Positions 37,472 to 51,833 of a stretch of 64,000 bases of DNA are shown in pieces. The first letter of the stretch is position 1. Each line of letters opens with the position of its first letter. A program made the translations under genes and the position numbers. The notes beneath the pieces are model-generated. The model ran no database searches, was not told the origin of the DNA, and saw only the letters and a list, made by a program, of their open reading frames with translations. This stretch comes from Malacoraja senta (lineage: Eukaryota): positions 8,806,001 through 8,870,000 of the forward strand of contig CM075994.1 of the NCBI GenBank assembly GCA_038087875.1, in the 5' to 3' direction.

Positions 37472-37616
37472 CTGTCAATGGAAAAACAAACATACACGAG
37501 CATTCAGATTAGCTGCGTCAAAGACAGAGACAATATTTAGTTTTGTTTAGAGATACAGCGCGGAAAAAGGCCCTTCGGCCCAACGACCGTGTCGACCAGC
37601 GATCCCAGCATACTAA

Positions 37617-37974
37617 AGGGTCTGTCCCACTTAGGCGACCTTTACAGGCGACTGCCGGCACCCGTGATAGGTCGCCGAAATTTCCAACATATAGAAAATT
37701 CAGCGGCGACCAGAAAGACGCGACGACTCTTTGGAGACCTCTCACGACCATAGACCTCCCGCGGCCATATAGACAACCTCTCATGACCATAGGAGACCTC
37801 TCACGATCATACAGCCTGTATGGTCGTGAGAGGTCTCCTATGGCCTTGAGAAGTCTCCAAAGAGTCGTAGCGTCTTTCTGGTCGCCGCTGAATTTTCAAC
37901 ATGTCGGAAATTTCGGCGACCTATGACGGGCGCCGGCAGTTGCCTGCAAAGGTTGCGTAAGTGGGACAGGCCCT
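37617..37974. mobile_element. PIF/Harbinger-type MITE, largely palindromic, inserted in a V-SINE (~37543-38160, -)
   Basis: TIR agggtctgtcccactta / taagtgggacaggccct; TAA TSD. Confidence 0.85.
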
Positions 37975-40858
37975 TAACACGAGGGACCATTTACAATTTT
38001 TACCGAAAACCGTATGTCTTTGGAATGTGGGAGGAAACCTGAGCACCCAGGAAAAACCCACAAGATCACGGGGAGAACGCTCAAACTCCGGACTGACAGC
38101 GCCTGTAGTCAGGATTGCACCCGGGTTTCTGGCGCTCTACGGCAGCAACTCTGCCACTGAGCTTTGCCGGACAATATTATAGTGGGCATAGAGTAAATCA
38201 CAAGGCACAGCCACAGCTGCGCTATTCATACTGCACTACTCAGATAGTGGGTTAATGATGGACACAATCAAACAATGGCAGTCTAACAGTGCAACCTTTT
38301 GATCAGAATTGCATTCAATCCACTATTTCATCAAAATAATCTGGTGGTCAATTAGCAGCTGTATCGCCTTGTGTGCAAGAAGCCACAGTGATGACGATTC
38401 AAGTCTTGCTCCTGGCTTTCCATCAGCCAGGACTCAGTGCCTATATAGAGGCATGCAGTGTTGAACCAGGCCCTTCAGCCCAATTTGCCCACATCGGCCA
38501 ACATGCCCAGCTACACTAGTTCCAACCTGCCTGCGTTTGGTCAATATCCTTCCAAACCTGTCCTATGTACCTATCTAAAATGTTGGGATAGTCCCTGCCT
38601 CAACTACCTCCACTGGCAGCTCGTTCCATACACCCACCACCCTTTGTGTGAAAACGTTACCCCTCAGATTCCGATTAAATCTTTCCCCCTTCAGCTTAAA
38701 CCTATGTCCTTAGGTTCTCGATTCACCTACTCTGGGCAAGAAACTGTGCATCTACCTGATCTGTTCATACATAGATGAATATGGACCCAATGTGGACAAA
38801 TGGCACAAATGTTGATGGGAACAATGGCCAATAAGGAAATTGTGGGTCAAATGGCATATCTCAGTGCTATACAACTCCATTTGGCTAATAAATTATGATT
38901 ATATAAAGATGTGGTACAGAAAGATCCACCAGGCAAAAATGGTTGTTGATTCCACAGCAGTGTTATGGCTCCCCATTGGGTCAAAGAGCATTTTGTTTAA
39001 AGATTAGAGGCATTTTGCTTCCACCACACTTTCTGGATGCCAGGTAGAGAATCCCACCAGCCTCAGTGAAACATTTAAGCGCACCTTTTTCTCTAATCCT
39101 TTCACCAATTATTTTTAATAGACATCAAGCTACAAGGACTTCCTGAAGGGAAACCAATCTGTTCTATTCAACATGCCTGGCCTTACTTCTTTCAGTATGT
39201 AATTTGACACCATTGCAGTTTCCTGTGCTTTAAGATAAACACCCCAATCAGACCAACCACTATCATAATTCACATTACGTAGACCCAGCCACACATTCAT
39301 TGCATCCTCTCTACTGGTGTCGCATCTTTCTGGTAGTCTAGTGACAGAAAGAAGGGTGGCGTAGCGGTAGAGCACCAGAGAACCAGGTTCGATCCTGACT
39401 TCGGGTGCTTGTCTGTACGGAGTTTGTACGTTCGCCCAGTGACCTGCGTGGGTTTTCTGAGATCTTCGATTTCTTCCCACACTCCAAAGACGTACAGGTT
39501 TGTAGGTTAATCGGCTAGGTATAAATATAAAATTGTTGTGTGTGTGCGTGTGTGTGTTAATGAACCTTCTGAATTTTGTGGTCGGCAGGGCAGTACTCTG
39601 CATATCGCCAACCTGGACAATTTTACATTTTTATCAAGCCAATTCAACACGCCAATTAACCTACAAACCTGTACGTCTTTGAAGTGTGGGAGGAAACCAA
39701 AGATCTCGGAGAAAACCCACGCAGATCACAGGGAGAGCGTACAAACTCCGTACAGACAGCACCCGTAGTTGGGATCGAACCGTGTCTCTGGCGCTGCATT
39801 TTTGCTGTAAGGCAGCAACTCCTGCACCTATTTTCTATGTTTTTAACTCTATCGCTGTGCCATCGTAATGTGCGGGGGAATCACTGGTCGGCGTGGACTA
39901 AGTGAGCTGAAGGGCCTGGTTTTCGCTGTAACTCTAAACTACATGCAATATTTTGGCTCAAGCCTCACTATTATTTTCTTTTTTATACAACAGATCCAGC
40001 AGCATAACCTCACACAACCACCCAGAGACTTGAGAAATTGTCGGTTCAACTGCAGGACAAGGCTGCGCGCATTGCTAGAGAGGGGAAAACAAGGACATTA
40101 TTGTGAACATTTAAAAACCTGAATGAGAAGTGCTATTGTTCCAAAAATAAACTGGAGATGTTAGAAACAGATGTTTAACTGAAACTGGGAAGCATCTGAT
40201 GAATCATGTCTCCTTGCTCTCACTGAGGAAATCAGTGTGTTCTTTGAATAGATTATATTTGTGGCCCAACAGTGGAGGCTGAAAATGACAAGAGTTGACA
40301 ACCTGAGCTACAGCATTGGTCAATAATAATTGCTGGCATCATGTTACAATGATTATGATGCTAGTTTAGTTGAAAACATTCAGTTTGTTTAGTTTAGAGA
40401 TGATGTGGAAACAGGCCCTTCAGTCCACACCGACCATCGATCACCCCATTCACTCGCACTAGCCCACACACACACGGGACAATTGTTCTCAACAATGACT
40501 GTAACCCAAGTCTTCAGAGTGGGGGAGGAAGCAGGAGATCCAGGAGAAAACCCATGGGATCACAAGGAGACCGTACAAACACCGCATTCAGGATTAAACC
40601 TGGGTCCCCGACTCCGTGAGGCAGCAGCTCTACCGTTGAGCCACTGTGCCGAAGTTAGAGAGCAACATGACCCATGATAATTACAGCAGTTGAGATCTTT
40701 CCAAATCACTTTTGGGGGGGGGGGGGGGGGGGGTGGGGGTTACTCTTTGAGAAATAGGTAGTCCTGTTGGTTTGGTGAAGAGAAGTTGGTGCTGAGGATA
40801 TGACCAAATGCAGGGAAATGCCATTAGCATCAAAGAACATAAAAGGTCAGCATGGATG

Positions 40859-41058
40859 NNNNNNNNNNNNNNNNNNNNNNNNNNNNNNNNNNNNNNNNNN
40901 NNNNNNNNNNNNNNNNNNNNNNNNNNNNNNNNNNNNNNNNNNNNNNNNNNNNNNNNNNNNNNNNNNNNNNNNNNNNNNNNNNNNNNNNNNNNNNNNNNNN
41001 NNNNNNNNNNNNNNNNNNNNNNNNNNNNNNNNNNNNNNNNNNNNNNNNNNNNNNNNNN
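40859..41058. other. Assembly gap (200 N)
   Basis: Run of N inside the intron between the first two coding exons. Confidence 1.
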
Positions 41059-41659
41059 AGCAGCTGTGGAAAAGCCATGTGAAACGTCCACGCAGATGGC
41101 ACCGCAAGCTAGGATCAAAGTTGGGTCGCTGGATCGGGGAGGCAGCAGCTCTCTCATTGCGCTACTGCGCTGTTTGAATACTAGCTGTTGTTGGGTTACT
41201 TGGCACCAAGGGTAAAACTGGCACACACCCAAGCCGAGGGAGGCGGTGAGGGATCAGAAACTGGGAAAGAAAGCGTGCCAAGTGATCACTTGCCACAGAA
41301 ATGCAAATGTACAGGGCCAGGAGTATTACTTCACTTCCAAAGTTTTCAGGGGTACGAGGGGAAAAAAAAGGTTTTGTCTCAAAGCACATGGCTACAAATA
41401 CTTGAAACGTCAAGCAGATTAACAAGGTGGGGGAATCCAGAACCAGGGGCCACAGTTTAAGAATAAGGGGTGGGCCATTTAGAACGGAGACGAGGAAACA
41501 CTTTTTCTCACAGAGAGTGGTGAGTCTGTGGAATTCTCTGCCGGTTCACTGGATGCTTTCGAGAGAGAGCTAGATAGGGCTCTTAAAAATAGCGGAGCCA
41601 TGGGGATATGGGGAGAAGGCAGGAACGGGGTACTGATTGGGGATGATCAGCCATGATCA

Positions 41660-42020
<361 letters not shown>

Positions 42021-42361
42021 CTGAAGCAGAAAAAGGAGATAATATTCAGATCAGCTGCCGAGAAATTAACTGTAAACATTCATTCAAACATATTGACGCC
42101 ATTGTACAATTTCACAGAGATTCTCGATTACATTATGTGACCAAAACTCAACCAACTGAGTAGGAAGCAACTGCAGATGCTGGTTTACACTAAAGATATA
42201 GAAAAAATTCTGGGTAGACAAAACTGCTGGAGAAACTCAGCGGATGAGGCAGTATCTATGGAGCGAAGGAAATAGGCAACGTTTCGGGTCGAGACCCTTC
42301 TTCAGAGTAACTCAGCGGATAGAGCTTGTGCCAGGTGCGCTAGGAGTTCCTATTTGGTTTA

Positions 42362-43491
42362 AGGGCCTGCCCCACTTAGGCGCCTTTTTAGGCGAGTGCA
42401 GGAGACTGCGTTCGCCACATGTTCACTGGTAGTCTCTGGTGAGTCTCCTTCATGGCCGCGAGGAGTTCCCGCATTCTGGGAACTAGTCGCGGCCTCAGTA
42501 TGGTCGCCGCAAATTCTTCAACGTTGAATCATTTTCCGCGACCAAACATTAGTCATCATGGAGAAAATTGATAATCCTGTAGTCGTTGGTGCATTGTAGT
42601 GGGGTCGCCATGTAGTTGTGGGTAATCGAGGTAGTCATAGGTAGTTTTAGTTAATCGCCTTTGCTGACCGGGCATTTTCATTGGCTCATTGGGGGGAAAA
42701 AACGTAAGCACGAGTTTTCAGAACCAAGGATAACTGACCGGTAACGTTAAATGCCCGCCAAACTTCACAGCTGTGTATCTCTGGCTTACTAAAAGTTGTC
42801 TGGCTTCTTAAGTGTCTCCACTCCTTCTCCTCCCCCCCCCCCCACCTCTTTTAAAGGACTTACCCACCACTGTGCTAGCCGTCTTATGGCCCTGTCCCAC
42901 GGTACGAGTTCATTCCAAGAGCTCTCCCGAGTTTAAAAAAAAACCAGGCTTGTGGTAAGCACGGAGAATGAACGTAGCGGGTACGTCGGAGCTCGGGGAC
43001 GTCTCTTAGCGGCTCGTAACGCTAACGGCAGGTACTCGGGAAGACTCGTGAAGATTTTTCAACATGTTGAAAATTGTCCACGAGAGCCCCGAGTACCAAC
43101 GAGTGGCCATTATCGTAAATCTCCAAGTTCGAATCAGGGCAAACTCGGGAAAGCTCTTGGAATGAACTCGTACCGTGGGACAGGGCCATTAGCCTTCCTG
43201 TTCATCATTGTGTGTGTATGTATCACCTTGGCTTTGCACCGTGTGAATTTCAGACAGCTACACTCGTCCCACCTACCTGCTCTTGGTCCATATCCCTCCA
43301 AACCTGTCCTATCCATGTACCTGTCCAACTGTTGTTATAGTATCTGCCACAACTATCTCGTGAGTGCGTGTATGTGTGCTCGTGTTCCACTCTGACAGTC
43401 GCTGTTCCAGTTCCCGTTTTTTCAGGCGAGTGCCGCAAACTTCACAGTCGCCGGCAGTCCGCTGAAAAAGCACGTAAGTGGCACAGGCCCT
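42362..43491. mobile_element. PIF/Harbinger-type element with a second MITE nested at 42887-43188
   Basis: Outer TIR agggcctgccccactta / taagtggcacaggccct with TTA TSD; inner tggccctgtcccacggtacg / cgtaccgtgggacagggcca with TTA TSD. Confidence 0.88.
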
Positions 43492-46005
43492 TTAGTGCAT
43501 CACTATAAATAAGCATTTATGCAGTATACCTAGTTTGGTGCCATTTTCTAGTCCCAATTGTAAGTATGGGAATCTTGATCTAACTATGAACCTGTAGTTT
43601 TCTGGCTTATCCTTACTCCCCTTTTTAAATATGCAATAATATTAACTGTCCTCCAGTCTTCTGGCACCTCACCCATATCCAATGAAGATGCAAAAATCTC
43701 AGAGACCCAGTAAAACGCCTTCCTCACTTTCCATAGCCTATTGGGATACAGTCCCTGGGATTTATCCACCTTAATGTGTGCTAATATCTTCAACTCCTTG
43801 CTGACACAGTACTTAATATATCAACATAGACCTTCGCTCACACTCCACATCCTTCTATCTTGTGAATAACAACGAGAAGTATTCCACACATATCTCCTGG
43901 CTCCACAAATAGATTTCCTTTTTGGTCTCTCAAGGAATCTACTGATCCCTAGCTACCATGTGGCTTTCAAAAAGCTTAAAGATTTGGGGGATTTTCCTTA
44001 AGCCTGCTTATCAAGGCCATTTCATGTCCATTTTTTCCTGCACTCCCAAATCCTTTGTCACATCCTCGAGAGGATGTTTCCACTAGTGGGAACATAGCCT
44101 CAGAATTAAAGGACGTTCTTTTAGGAAGGAGTTGAGGAGAAATGTATTTTGTCAAAGGTGAATCTGTGGAATTCTTTGCCACAGAAGACGGCAGAAGCCA
44201 AGTCAGAGGATATTTTTAAGGCAGAGATAGATACATTTTTGATTAGTACAGATGTCAGAGGTTATGGGGAGAAGGCAGGAGAATGGGGAAAGGAGGGCGA
44301 GATAGATCAGCCATAATTGAATAGACTGGCTTAATTCTACTCCTATCACTTATGACGGTCTATCCTACATCTCCAATAAACCAAAATGCCCATACCGGAC
44401 ATAGTGTTCCTTCTTACTGATCCAACATTTCCTGTGTAAACCATGCAGTCTTTCTAAAAAACAGTTAACAACCAGGAAAATATATTTCAATCTTCAAACA
44501 ATTTAAAACATAACCTCAAAAGAAAGTAAGTAAACCATTGATCAGACTTAGAAGCCAAAAAACAAATGGTGCTGGAGGAATTCAGAAACAAGGAACTGCA
44601 GATGCTGGTGTGCAAAAAACAGAGACAATATGCTGGAGTAACTCAGCTGGTTGCATAGCATTGCTGGATAACATGGATAGGTGCTACTTTTCATATCTGG
44701 CTTTTGTCTAACAGGTTGCCTATTAACCCCCCCCCTCCCCACTCCCTCACCTGGGAGAACCTGTGGCAAGCCATATTTTGTCCTGCCCCTCTTTTCCAGC
44801 TGTCTTCCCCCCCCCTCCCACCCCACAATCAGTCTGAAGAGGGTCCTGGCCTGAAACATCACCTATCCATGTTCTCCAAGGTTGCTGCCTGACCCGCTGA
44901 GTTACTCCAGTACTTTTTTGATGGAGGAATTCAGTGGGTTGGGCAGCATCTATAAAGGCAAAAGGATATTTCACGTTTTTAAATCATGACACTTCATCAC
45001 CCAATTCAGAATTACTTTTTTTAGTATATTTTCTGTAAGACTGACCCCATGTCCCTATTAATTGGAGACCAGAGGCAGAGTTCACTGCCGGAGGTAGCTC
45101 CTTAGAATCAGATACAACACAATTTGCACATTATGTTTTGCAGCGCCGAATAGGGAAAGGCCTGGATAGTGGATGTGGAGAGGATGTTTCCACTAGTGGG
45201 AGAGTCTAGGACCAGTGGCCATAGCATCAGAATTAAAGGATGTTCCTTTAGGAAGGGGATGCGGAAGAATTTTTTTAGTCAGTGGGTGGTGAATCTGTGG
45301 AATTCATTGCCACAGAAGGCTGTGGAGGTCAAGTCAATGGATATGTTTAAGGCCGAGATAGATAGATTCTTGATTAGTATGGGTATAGGGTGTTATGGTG
45401 AGAAGGCAGTAGAATGGGGTTAGGAGGGAGAGATAATAAAAATAATAATTAATTTTATTTATGGGCGCCTTATACCGAGGTCTCAAGGACACCTTACAGA
45501 GATTTATAGGAAACATATAATCAGAATTAAAAAAAAATAAGTTATAAAGACCAATACACAAATCAGGGACAGAATTCCTTCCAAAAACACACACAAAAAA
45601 AAAGAAAATCAGAAGCACAATTTGAGGAGAGAGCAGCGGCAACGAAACCGCGCCAGCGTCCACTCTCCCCTCCGACCTCCATCTTGAACACAGACTTGAT
45701 CGAATGGCGGAGTACTTGATGGGGCGAATGGCCTAATTCTGCTCCCATCACTTATTAACCTGCCACTGCAGCCACGATTATTAATTAAACAAGGAAATAA
45801 AAGATTTAAATGGGTATTCCTACAAGTTTCAGCAGAATTAAGAATCCTGATGTGCACAACTGTTTCTGTAATTAGTCTGAAGAAGGGTTTCGGCCCGAAA
45901 CGTTGCCTATTTCCTACGCTCCATAGATGCTGCTGCACCCGCTGAGTTTCTCCAGCATTTTTGTGTACCTTCTGTAATTAGGTATGTTAGTGTCTTGACC
46001 TGCAA

Positions 46006-46460
46006 TCGCTAGAGGCAGGAAACATGTTCCCGATGTTGGGGGAGTCCAGAATCGGGGGCCACAGTTTAAGAATAAGGAGTAAGCCATTTAGAACAGAGAC
46101 GAGGAAACACTTTTTCTCCCAGAGAGTGGTCTGTGGAATTCTCTGCCTCAGAGGGCGGTGGAGGCAGGTTCTCTGGATGCTTTCAAGAGAGCGCTAGATA
46201 GGGCTCTTAAAAATAGTGGAGTCAGGATATGGGGAGAGAGCTATATAGGGCTCTTAAAGATAGACAATAGGTGCAGGAGTAGGCCATTCGTCCCTTCGAG
46301 CCAGCACCACCACTCAATGTGATGTGGATAACGGAGTCAGGGGATATGGGGAGAAGGCAGGAACGGGGTACTGATTGGGGATGATCAGCCATGATCACAG
46401 TGATTGGCGGTGCTGGCTCGAAGGGCCAAATATTCTACTCCTGCACCTATTGTTTATTGT
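46006..46460 (+). mobile_element. CR1 LINE 3' fragment, locally rearranged
   Basis: Standard CR1 tail with an internal short inverted piece. Confidence 0.8.
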
Positions 46461-47426
46461 CAAGCACCTGTAGCCTGGATGAAAGGAATATGATAAAAAC
46501 AGTTCAAGACACATGGAATTAAGAGTAATTATCCCAGTTTGAAGCTCAACATCAAACACAATCAACTCCCAACTGTAACGAGGGGTGTGATTTAATCAAG
46601 CATGATTTAATCAAGTCAAGCATGATGTGTTAATGCCAAGCCAGTGGGAAATTTCTCTTTAGATAGACAACTCAGCGGGCCAAACAGCATCTCTGGAGAA
46701 AAGGAATAGGTGACGTTTCGGGTCGAGAGCCTTCAGACTGAGAGTCATGGGAAAGGAAAACAAGAGATACAGATGGTGATATAGAGAGATATAGAACGAA
46801 AGAATGAAAGATATGCAAGAATGATAAAGTAAACAGCCCTTTATCCAGGACAACACTTAAGCAGCTCTATGATTGACAAAGAATTCGGAAAACTGCTGGG
46901 ACAAAGCTGGAGTTGGCTTCATGTTTGTGAAAGCTGGCAGCAGACTTGTAAATGATACCGCTGAAGTATAGCATGTAGGACAAAATAACCCAAGACGTAA
47001 CCCTCGGGGAATGACAGATACAAATGAAAGGGCTGATGGTGCATTCATTACCTTAGACAATGACCATATTCAGGACAGAGTTTGTTATATTTTGCAGCAA
47101 CGATGATATCAGCAGGGGATTGGGAGAGAATGTGGAAGAGGTCTAAGACTGATTGCATTGTGTACCAAACAGCATTTGCACAAGCTGGGAGGAGTAGACC
47201 ATACACCACACCATTTTACCCTATCCAACACTTGATAAGAAACAGGTGCAAATGCAGGAGCTATTATGTACTTAAAGCCTGGAGTTAAATCAGGATACCA
47301 TAAGACACAGCCAGAAAATTCTGCCTTTGAAAAAACTGCCCATCAACTTGCAATGAGAATCACTTCCTCCAGTTCATTAACTTCTCTAAAACTGCAACAA
47401 TTTAAAAAAAAAAATTTGAATAATAA

Positions 47427-48100
47427 AAGTAAGCGTGCATGTACAGCAGGCAGTGAAGAAAGCGAATGGCATGTTGGCCTTCATAACAAGAGTTGAGTAT
47501 AGAAGCAAAGAGGTCCATCTGCAGTTCTATATGGCCCTAGTGAGACCACACCTGGAGTATTGTGTGCAGCTTTGGTCCCCTTAATTTGAGGAAGGACATT
47601 CTTGCTATTCAGGGAGTGCAGCGTAGGTTTACAAGGTTAATTCCCGGGATGGCGGGACTGTCATATGCTGAGAGAATGGAGCAGCTGGGCTTGTATACTC
47701 TGGAGTTTAGAAGGATGAGAGGATATATTATTGAAACATTTAAGATTGTTAAGGGTTTGGACATGATAGAGGCAGGAAACATGTTCCCGATGTTGGGGGA
47801 GTCCAGAACCAGGAGCCACAGTTTAAGAATAAGGGGTAAGCTATTTAGAATGAAGACGAGGAAACACTTTTCTCACAGATAGTTGTGAGTCTGTGGAATT
47901 CTCTGCCTCAGAGGGCGGTGGGGGCCGGTTCTCTAGATACTTTCAAGAGAGCTAGAGTGGGCTCTTAAAGATAGCAGAGTCAGGGGATATGAGGAGAAAG
48001 CAGGAACGGGGTACTGATTGGGGATGATCAGCCATGATCACATTGAATGGCGGTGCTGGCTCGAAGAGCAGAATGGCCTACTCCTGCACCTATTGTCTAT
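47427..48100 (+). mobile_element. CR1 LINE 3' fragment
   Basis: ORF 47562..47882. Confidence 0.9.
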
Positions 48101-49194
48101 TATTTAGTTACCACAGTCCCCAATAACGGCATAATAAAACTGGTAGAAACAAAATGCTGGAGTAACTCAGCGGGACAAGCAGCATCTCTGGAGAGAAGGA
48201 ATGGGCGTCTTCAGACCTGAAGCGTCTCCTATTCCTTCTCTCCAGAGATGCTGCCTGTCCGGCCGAGTTACTCCAGCATTTGGTGCCTACCTTCGGTTTA
48301 AACCAGTGTCTGCAGTTCTTTCCTACACGTAATCAAACTATGGGCGGCTTCAAAGAAAGAGCACTGGTGTCCATTCTAAATGACACATTCAAAGCCAAAG
48401 TCAATGATTGTTTTACAACCACTAAGCTAATATTAGTTTGGTTACAAATAGCGCACAATCTCATGCCAAATATTGAAAACTATACCATTTAGGTATGAAC
48501 CAGTCACACCCAATGCCGTCCCTGCCACCACACCACCCACACTTTCCTCTACCAGCAAGGATGACTCCCAGTTAATTTTCTTATCCTCGGGAAAAGGACA
48601 CACTTCGTTTGCTGCCCTAGTACAAGCAATCAAATAAAAGGCACAAAGTGCTGGAGTAACAGCGGGTCAGGCAGCATCTCTGGAGAACATGGATAGGTGA
48701 CATTTCGAGTCAGGATCTTACTTCAGCCTGATTTTGGGGAAGGAGGGGGTGCCATGATCATATTGAATGGCGGTGCAGGCTCGAAGGGCCGAATGGCCTA
48801 CTCCTGCACCTATTTTCTATGTTTCTAAGAGAGTTAAAAACTGCAAAAGAGCTGGATAGAGCCTGACAAGTAACAGCTTTCCTTCCCACCACAATCAGCC
48901 TGAAGAAGGGTACCAATCCGAAACGTCACCTCCCCATGTTCCCCAGAGATGCTGCCTGACCTGTTGAGTTACTCCAGCACTTTGTCTTTTTTTTTGTAAG
49001 CCAGTATCTGCAATTTCTTGTTTCTAGCCATAAAGCAGATGCAGTGAAATTTCATTGGCTGCAGTGGTCAGCGGTTCCAATACACACAGCAGTAATTGTA
49101 GTAGGATTGGTTTGCACTAGATTTCCCCACCGAGTCATTAAAGCTAGAATGAAGGGCAGAGGGAGGAGAGAGGTAGCAATTCTGTCAAGGAGAA

Positions 49195-49740
49195 GCTATA
49201 CTTCACCCTCGTTAGACCTCATTTGGACTACGCAGTTGCAGCATGGGACCCATACACAAATAAAAACATTTCTTCCATCGAACGTGTCCAAAGACAGGCA
49301 GCTCGATTTGTTACTAACACCTATGAGAGAGAAGCGAGTGTTACCAAACTTCTGAATTCTCTGGGGTGGAACCCTCTCCAAGACAGACGTGAAGCTCACC
49401 GTTTGACCTGTTTTTACAAAATGTTAAATGGTCAGCTCGACATAGATTACAAGGCCTACACCAAACCCAAACCAATTAGGAGCAGACAAGGGCATTCGAT
49501 CCAATTTGTGATTCCAGCTACGAAGACAGATGTGTACAGCAATTCATTCTTCCCCCGCACAATTAAAGCATGAAATAATCTCCACCCTACTATAGTTACC
49601 CAACCAGATGCAACTAAATTTAAGGTAGCTCTTTCTTCCCAAAAACCCTTTCTGGCTTAAGTCCTCCCTCCACCACCTCCAGTTTAAATTCCATTTGGAA
49701 TATTTTGGAGGACCAAGAAACCAAGAACCAAGAATTCCAA
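49195..49740 (+). mobile_element. LINE 3' fragment, RTE-X/CR1-group type, with (CCAAGAA)n tail
   Basis: LVRPHLDYAVAAWDPYTNKNISSIERVQRQAARFV...SFFPRTIKA; distinct from the dominant CR1 family. Confidence 0.75.
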
Positions 49741-50481
49741 GCTGTAAATGACTTGTCGTTTTCTTAGTCCCAGGTGGCACAAAAAAAAAGGAAAAGTTGA
49801 ATAGGTTTGAGCTTGTCTGCAAATGATACGAAGAAACTGTACCACTGCACTGAAGACAACAATTAGAAAGTCAAAGCAGTCACTGGAAGAACACAAAGAA
49901 GCCGCTGAAATGGGAGTTCCCTTTATTTACAGGAGCTTCATCACTATGGTGAAAGAACTCGAGACATCCACCAGGCATGTTGTGAATTAAACCATAACCT
50001 CACAACGTTGCAGACAGGATAAACACCCATTTATTACAATCCGATCGCAACAACGCTTTGGGGACAGTCATTTGCTTGCAATTGTTAGAGTAAACACTGG
50101 TAGCCTTTTAAAATGGAGCTGGTCAGGCATTGTTGGTTTCGGCTCACGACCAAATGCTGTAATTAGAGGATTGGAGAATTAAGACAACCAAGAGGCTGTT
50201 AAAGATGCCACAGAAATCCAAAGAATGTCACAGCAATGTTATCCAAGGTCTAGAGTCAAGCATTACAAGGAAATGCATGATTTTTTAAAAAGCTCTCTCC
50301 AGAACCTCACTTGGCAAACACTATAAATAGCTCGTTCTCCACTTGGTAAAGTCGGGCATTAACCTCGACCACCATCACCCCTAAACCATTTTCTATGGTG
50401 CACTTCTATGCTGCCTAGTACCTGGAAATGTTTTATTTCTTCATTTATCGGATGTGTATATCAGGAAAGGGCAAAAACCAA

Positions 50482-51068
50482 GGAGAGGGGGAGGAGATGA
50501 GAGGGGGGAGAGAGAGAGAGAGAGAGAGAGGGGGGGAGAGAGAGAGGGGGGAGAGAGAGAGGGTGGGGGGAGAGAGAGAGAGGGTGGGGGGAGAGAGAGA
50601 GAGGGTGGGGGGAGAGAGAGAGAGGGTGGGGGGAGAGAGAGAGGGGGTGGGGGGAGAGAGAGAGGGTGGGGGGAGAGAGAGAGGGTGGGGGGGAGCGAGT
50701 GGGAGGGGGAACGGGGAGAGAGGAGAGGGAGAAGGAGAGGGGGTGGGAGAGGGAGAAGGAGAGGGGGTGGGAGAGGGGGTGGGAGAGGGGGTGGGAGAGG
50801 GGGAGGGAGAGGGGGAGGGAGAGGGGGAGGGAGAGGGGGAGGGAGAGGGGGAGGGAGAGGGGGAGGGAGAGGGGGAGGGAGAGGGGGAGGGAGAGGGGGA
50901 GGGAGAGGGGGAGGGAGAGGGGGAGGGAGAGGGGGAGGGAGAGGGGGAGGGGGAGGGGGAGGGGGAGGGGGAGGGGGAGGGGGAGGGGGAGGGGGAGGGG
51001 GAGGGGGAGGGGGAGGGGGAGGGGGAGGGGAGGGGGAGGGGAAGGGGAAGGGGAAGGGAGAGGGAGGG
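50482..51068. repeat. Polypurine GA/G-rich compound microsatellite
   Basis: (GA)n, (GGGAGAGGGGGA)n and (GGGGGA)n blocks. Confidence 0.95.
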
Positions 51069-51498
51069 ATTGCTAGAAAATAAAACAGACAATGTTGGAA
51101 ATCTCTGTGGGAAAGAGTTAATTATTCAGGTCAAAGAACGTTTATCAGATCAGAGTTCTAACAAAGGGTTTGAGAGTCCGTCATCCAGCATGGGAACAGG
51201 CCCTTCAATCCAATTAAAAGGGACAAAATAAATCTGAATTGATCATTACATCGTGCCAATCATGTAGCTTGATATATTATCATCTTCAGGAGGTGGTGCA
51301 TGAGAAACTAGGTATCACTAGCCCGAAGGAACCGGGAAGAAGCTGGAGACATTGGACGCGAGGAGCAAGTGCCGGTAGGAGGGCGAACCAGGTTAATGCC
51401 TCCAGCACCTTCAGGAGGAGCCCCGCAGGACACAAAGATGGCCGGGCGAGAAGAGGAATGTCGGTTTGTGGGAACTGCGCCAGTACATCGACCGGACA

Positions 51499-51833
51499 GG
51501 GCGACAGATGGCGCAATGGGCTAAGTGTTCGGCTGGCAACCGGATGGTAGCCGGTTCAAATCCCGCTTGGAGTGCATACTGTCGTTGTGTCCTTGGGCAA
51601 GACACTTCACCCACCTTTGCCTGCGTGTGAATGTGTGTGAGTGATTGGTGGTGGTCGGAGGGGCCGTAGGCGCAGATTAGCAACCACGCTTCCGTCAGTC
51701 TGCCCCAGGGCAGCTGTGGCTACAAAAGTAGCTCACCACCACCGAGTGTGACTGAGGAGTGAATGAATAATGCGATGTAAAGCGCCTTGAGTATTAGAAA
51801 GGCGCTATATAAATCCCATCCATTATTTATTAT
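51499..51833 (+). mobile_element. tRNA-derived SINE with CORE-like domain and L2-type tail (not the HE1 family)
   Basis: A box tggcgcaatgg, B box ggttcaaatccc, gtgtccttgggcaagacactt, tail tgtaaagcgccttgag...aggcgctatataaat...(tta)n. Confidence 0.8.

Noticed and set aside
50428..51231. Long GE/RG/SP-repeat ORFs
   Set aside because: Translations of a polypurine microsatellite.
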